The notes under the pieces are model-generated. The model saw nothing but the letters and a program-made list of their open reading frames with translations, searched no databases and was not told where the DNA came from. 64,000 nucleotides of DNA, taken from positions 18,514 through 82,513 of the forward strand of contig JABSSG010000001.1 in assembly GCA_013214525.1 (NCBI GenBank), written 5' to 3'. Shown here piece after piece: positions 63,670 through 64,000 of this stretch. Position numbers and translations under genes: made by a program. Each line of letters begins with the position of its first letter. The stretch's first letter is position 1. Source of the DNA: Rickettsiales bacterium. Its GTDB lineage: Bacteria; Pseudomonadota; Alphaproteobacteria; Rickettsiales; JABSSG01.

Positions 63670-64000
63670 CTATGAAACAGAAGTAACAATTTTATTTACT
63701 ACAGCAAACAACCCATTACTTCTGGTTGGAGTTAAATGATTGTTTAAATCTAGCTTCTCAAATAATTCTTGAAAATTAGTATTTATAATCTGTTCTTTAG
63801 TTTTGCCAGAAAATACTCTCAATACAATAGCAAGCAAACCCTTGACTATCAAGGCATCACTATCTGCATTAAAGTAGTATTTATTTCCTGCTCGAGAAAA
63901 AATCAACCAAACTTGACTTACACATCCACTTACTTTATTAGCATCAATTTTTTGTGATTCATCTAATTCAGGAAGCTTTTTCCCTATATCTATTATATAA
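63670..64000 (-). CDS. sufE: Cysteine desulfuration protein SufE (5' end outside the window)
   Basis: The frame is open from the window edge. It has the active-site motif VSGCVSQVWL, plus ADSDALIVKGLLAI and HLTPTRSNGL. The track ORF start (TTG at 63906) is internal. Confidence 0.75.
   Translation of the reverse strand, partial: YIIDIGKKLPELDESQKIDANKVSGCVSQVWLIFSRAGNKYYFNADSDALIVKGLLAIVLRVFSGKTKEQIINTNFQELFEKLDLNNHLTPTRSNGLFAVVNKIVTSVS

Noticed and set aside
1-64000. Prophage, genomic island or IS element that could mobilise the palindromic repeats or the TpsB modules.
   Set aside because: No transposase, integrase, recombinase, phage structural or conjugation genes were recognisable in any frame. 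The repeats appear non-autonomous.

Overview
AT-rich (about 30% GC by eye) chromosomal segment. Gene content and order fit an obligate-intracellular alphaproteobacterium of the Rickettsiales/Rickettsiaceae type; species was not identified. About 56 protein genes are mostly housekeeping: lysC, ruvBA, aatA, dksA, clpB, qor, ruvX, tsaB, thrS-infC, rnd, kdsD-lptCAB, trxA, rpmH-rnpA-yidD-yidC, pgeF, mlaAC, rpmJ, rlmN, tsf-rpsB, pnp-rpsO-truB, sufE. There are three tRNAs: His-GUG, Leu-CAG, Ser-GGA. I saw no rRNA, CRISPR array, transposase, integrase or phage genes. The best candidate for a new system is a pair of diverged paralogous two-gene modules at 30521..34481 (-) and 51924..57947 (+). Each has a ShlB/FhaC-like (TpsB-type) outer-membrane transporter followed closely by a large acidic, repeat-rich, probably exported protein. 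These partners show no recognisable canonical TPS domain but share an N-terminal architecture, a DLGLT motif and a C-terminal KKWYDxxxW motif. The 1409-aa partner carries several nested layers of tandem repeats. At least three families of short palindromic MITE/RPE-like elements (labelled A, B, C here) fill most intergenic gaps. They often end exactly at stop codons, and in four or five genes they supply the last codons. Other points: a single in-frame TGA in pnp at a conserved position; apparent 1-nt homopolymer frameshifts in rnpA and in a hypothetical gene; a recent tandem duplication of a glutamate/aspartate-type symporter that carries a ruvX 5' remnant; and a non-AUG infC start. All family assignments were made by eye from the translations, with no database searches.
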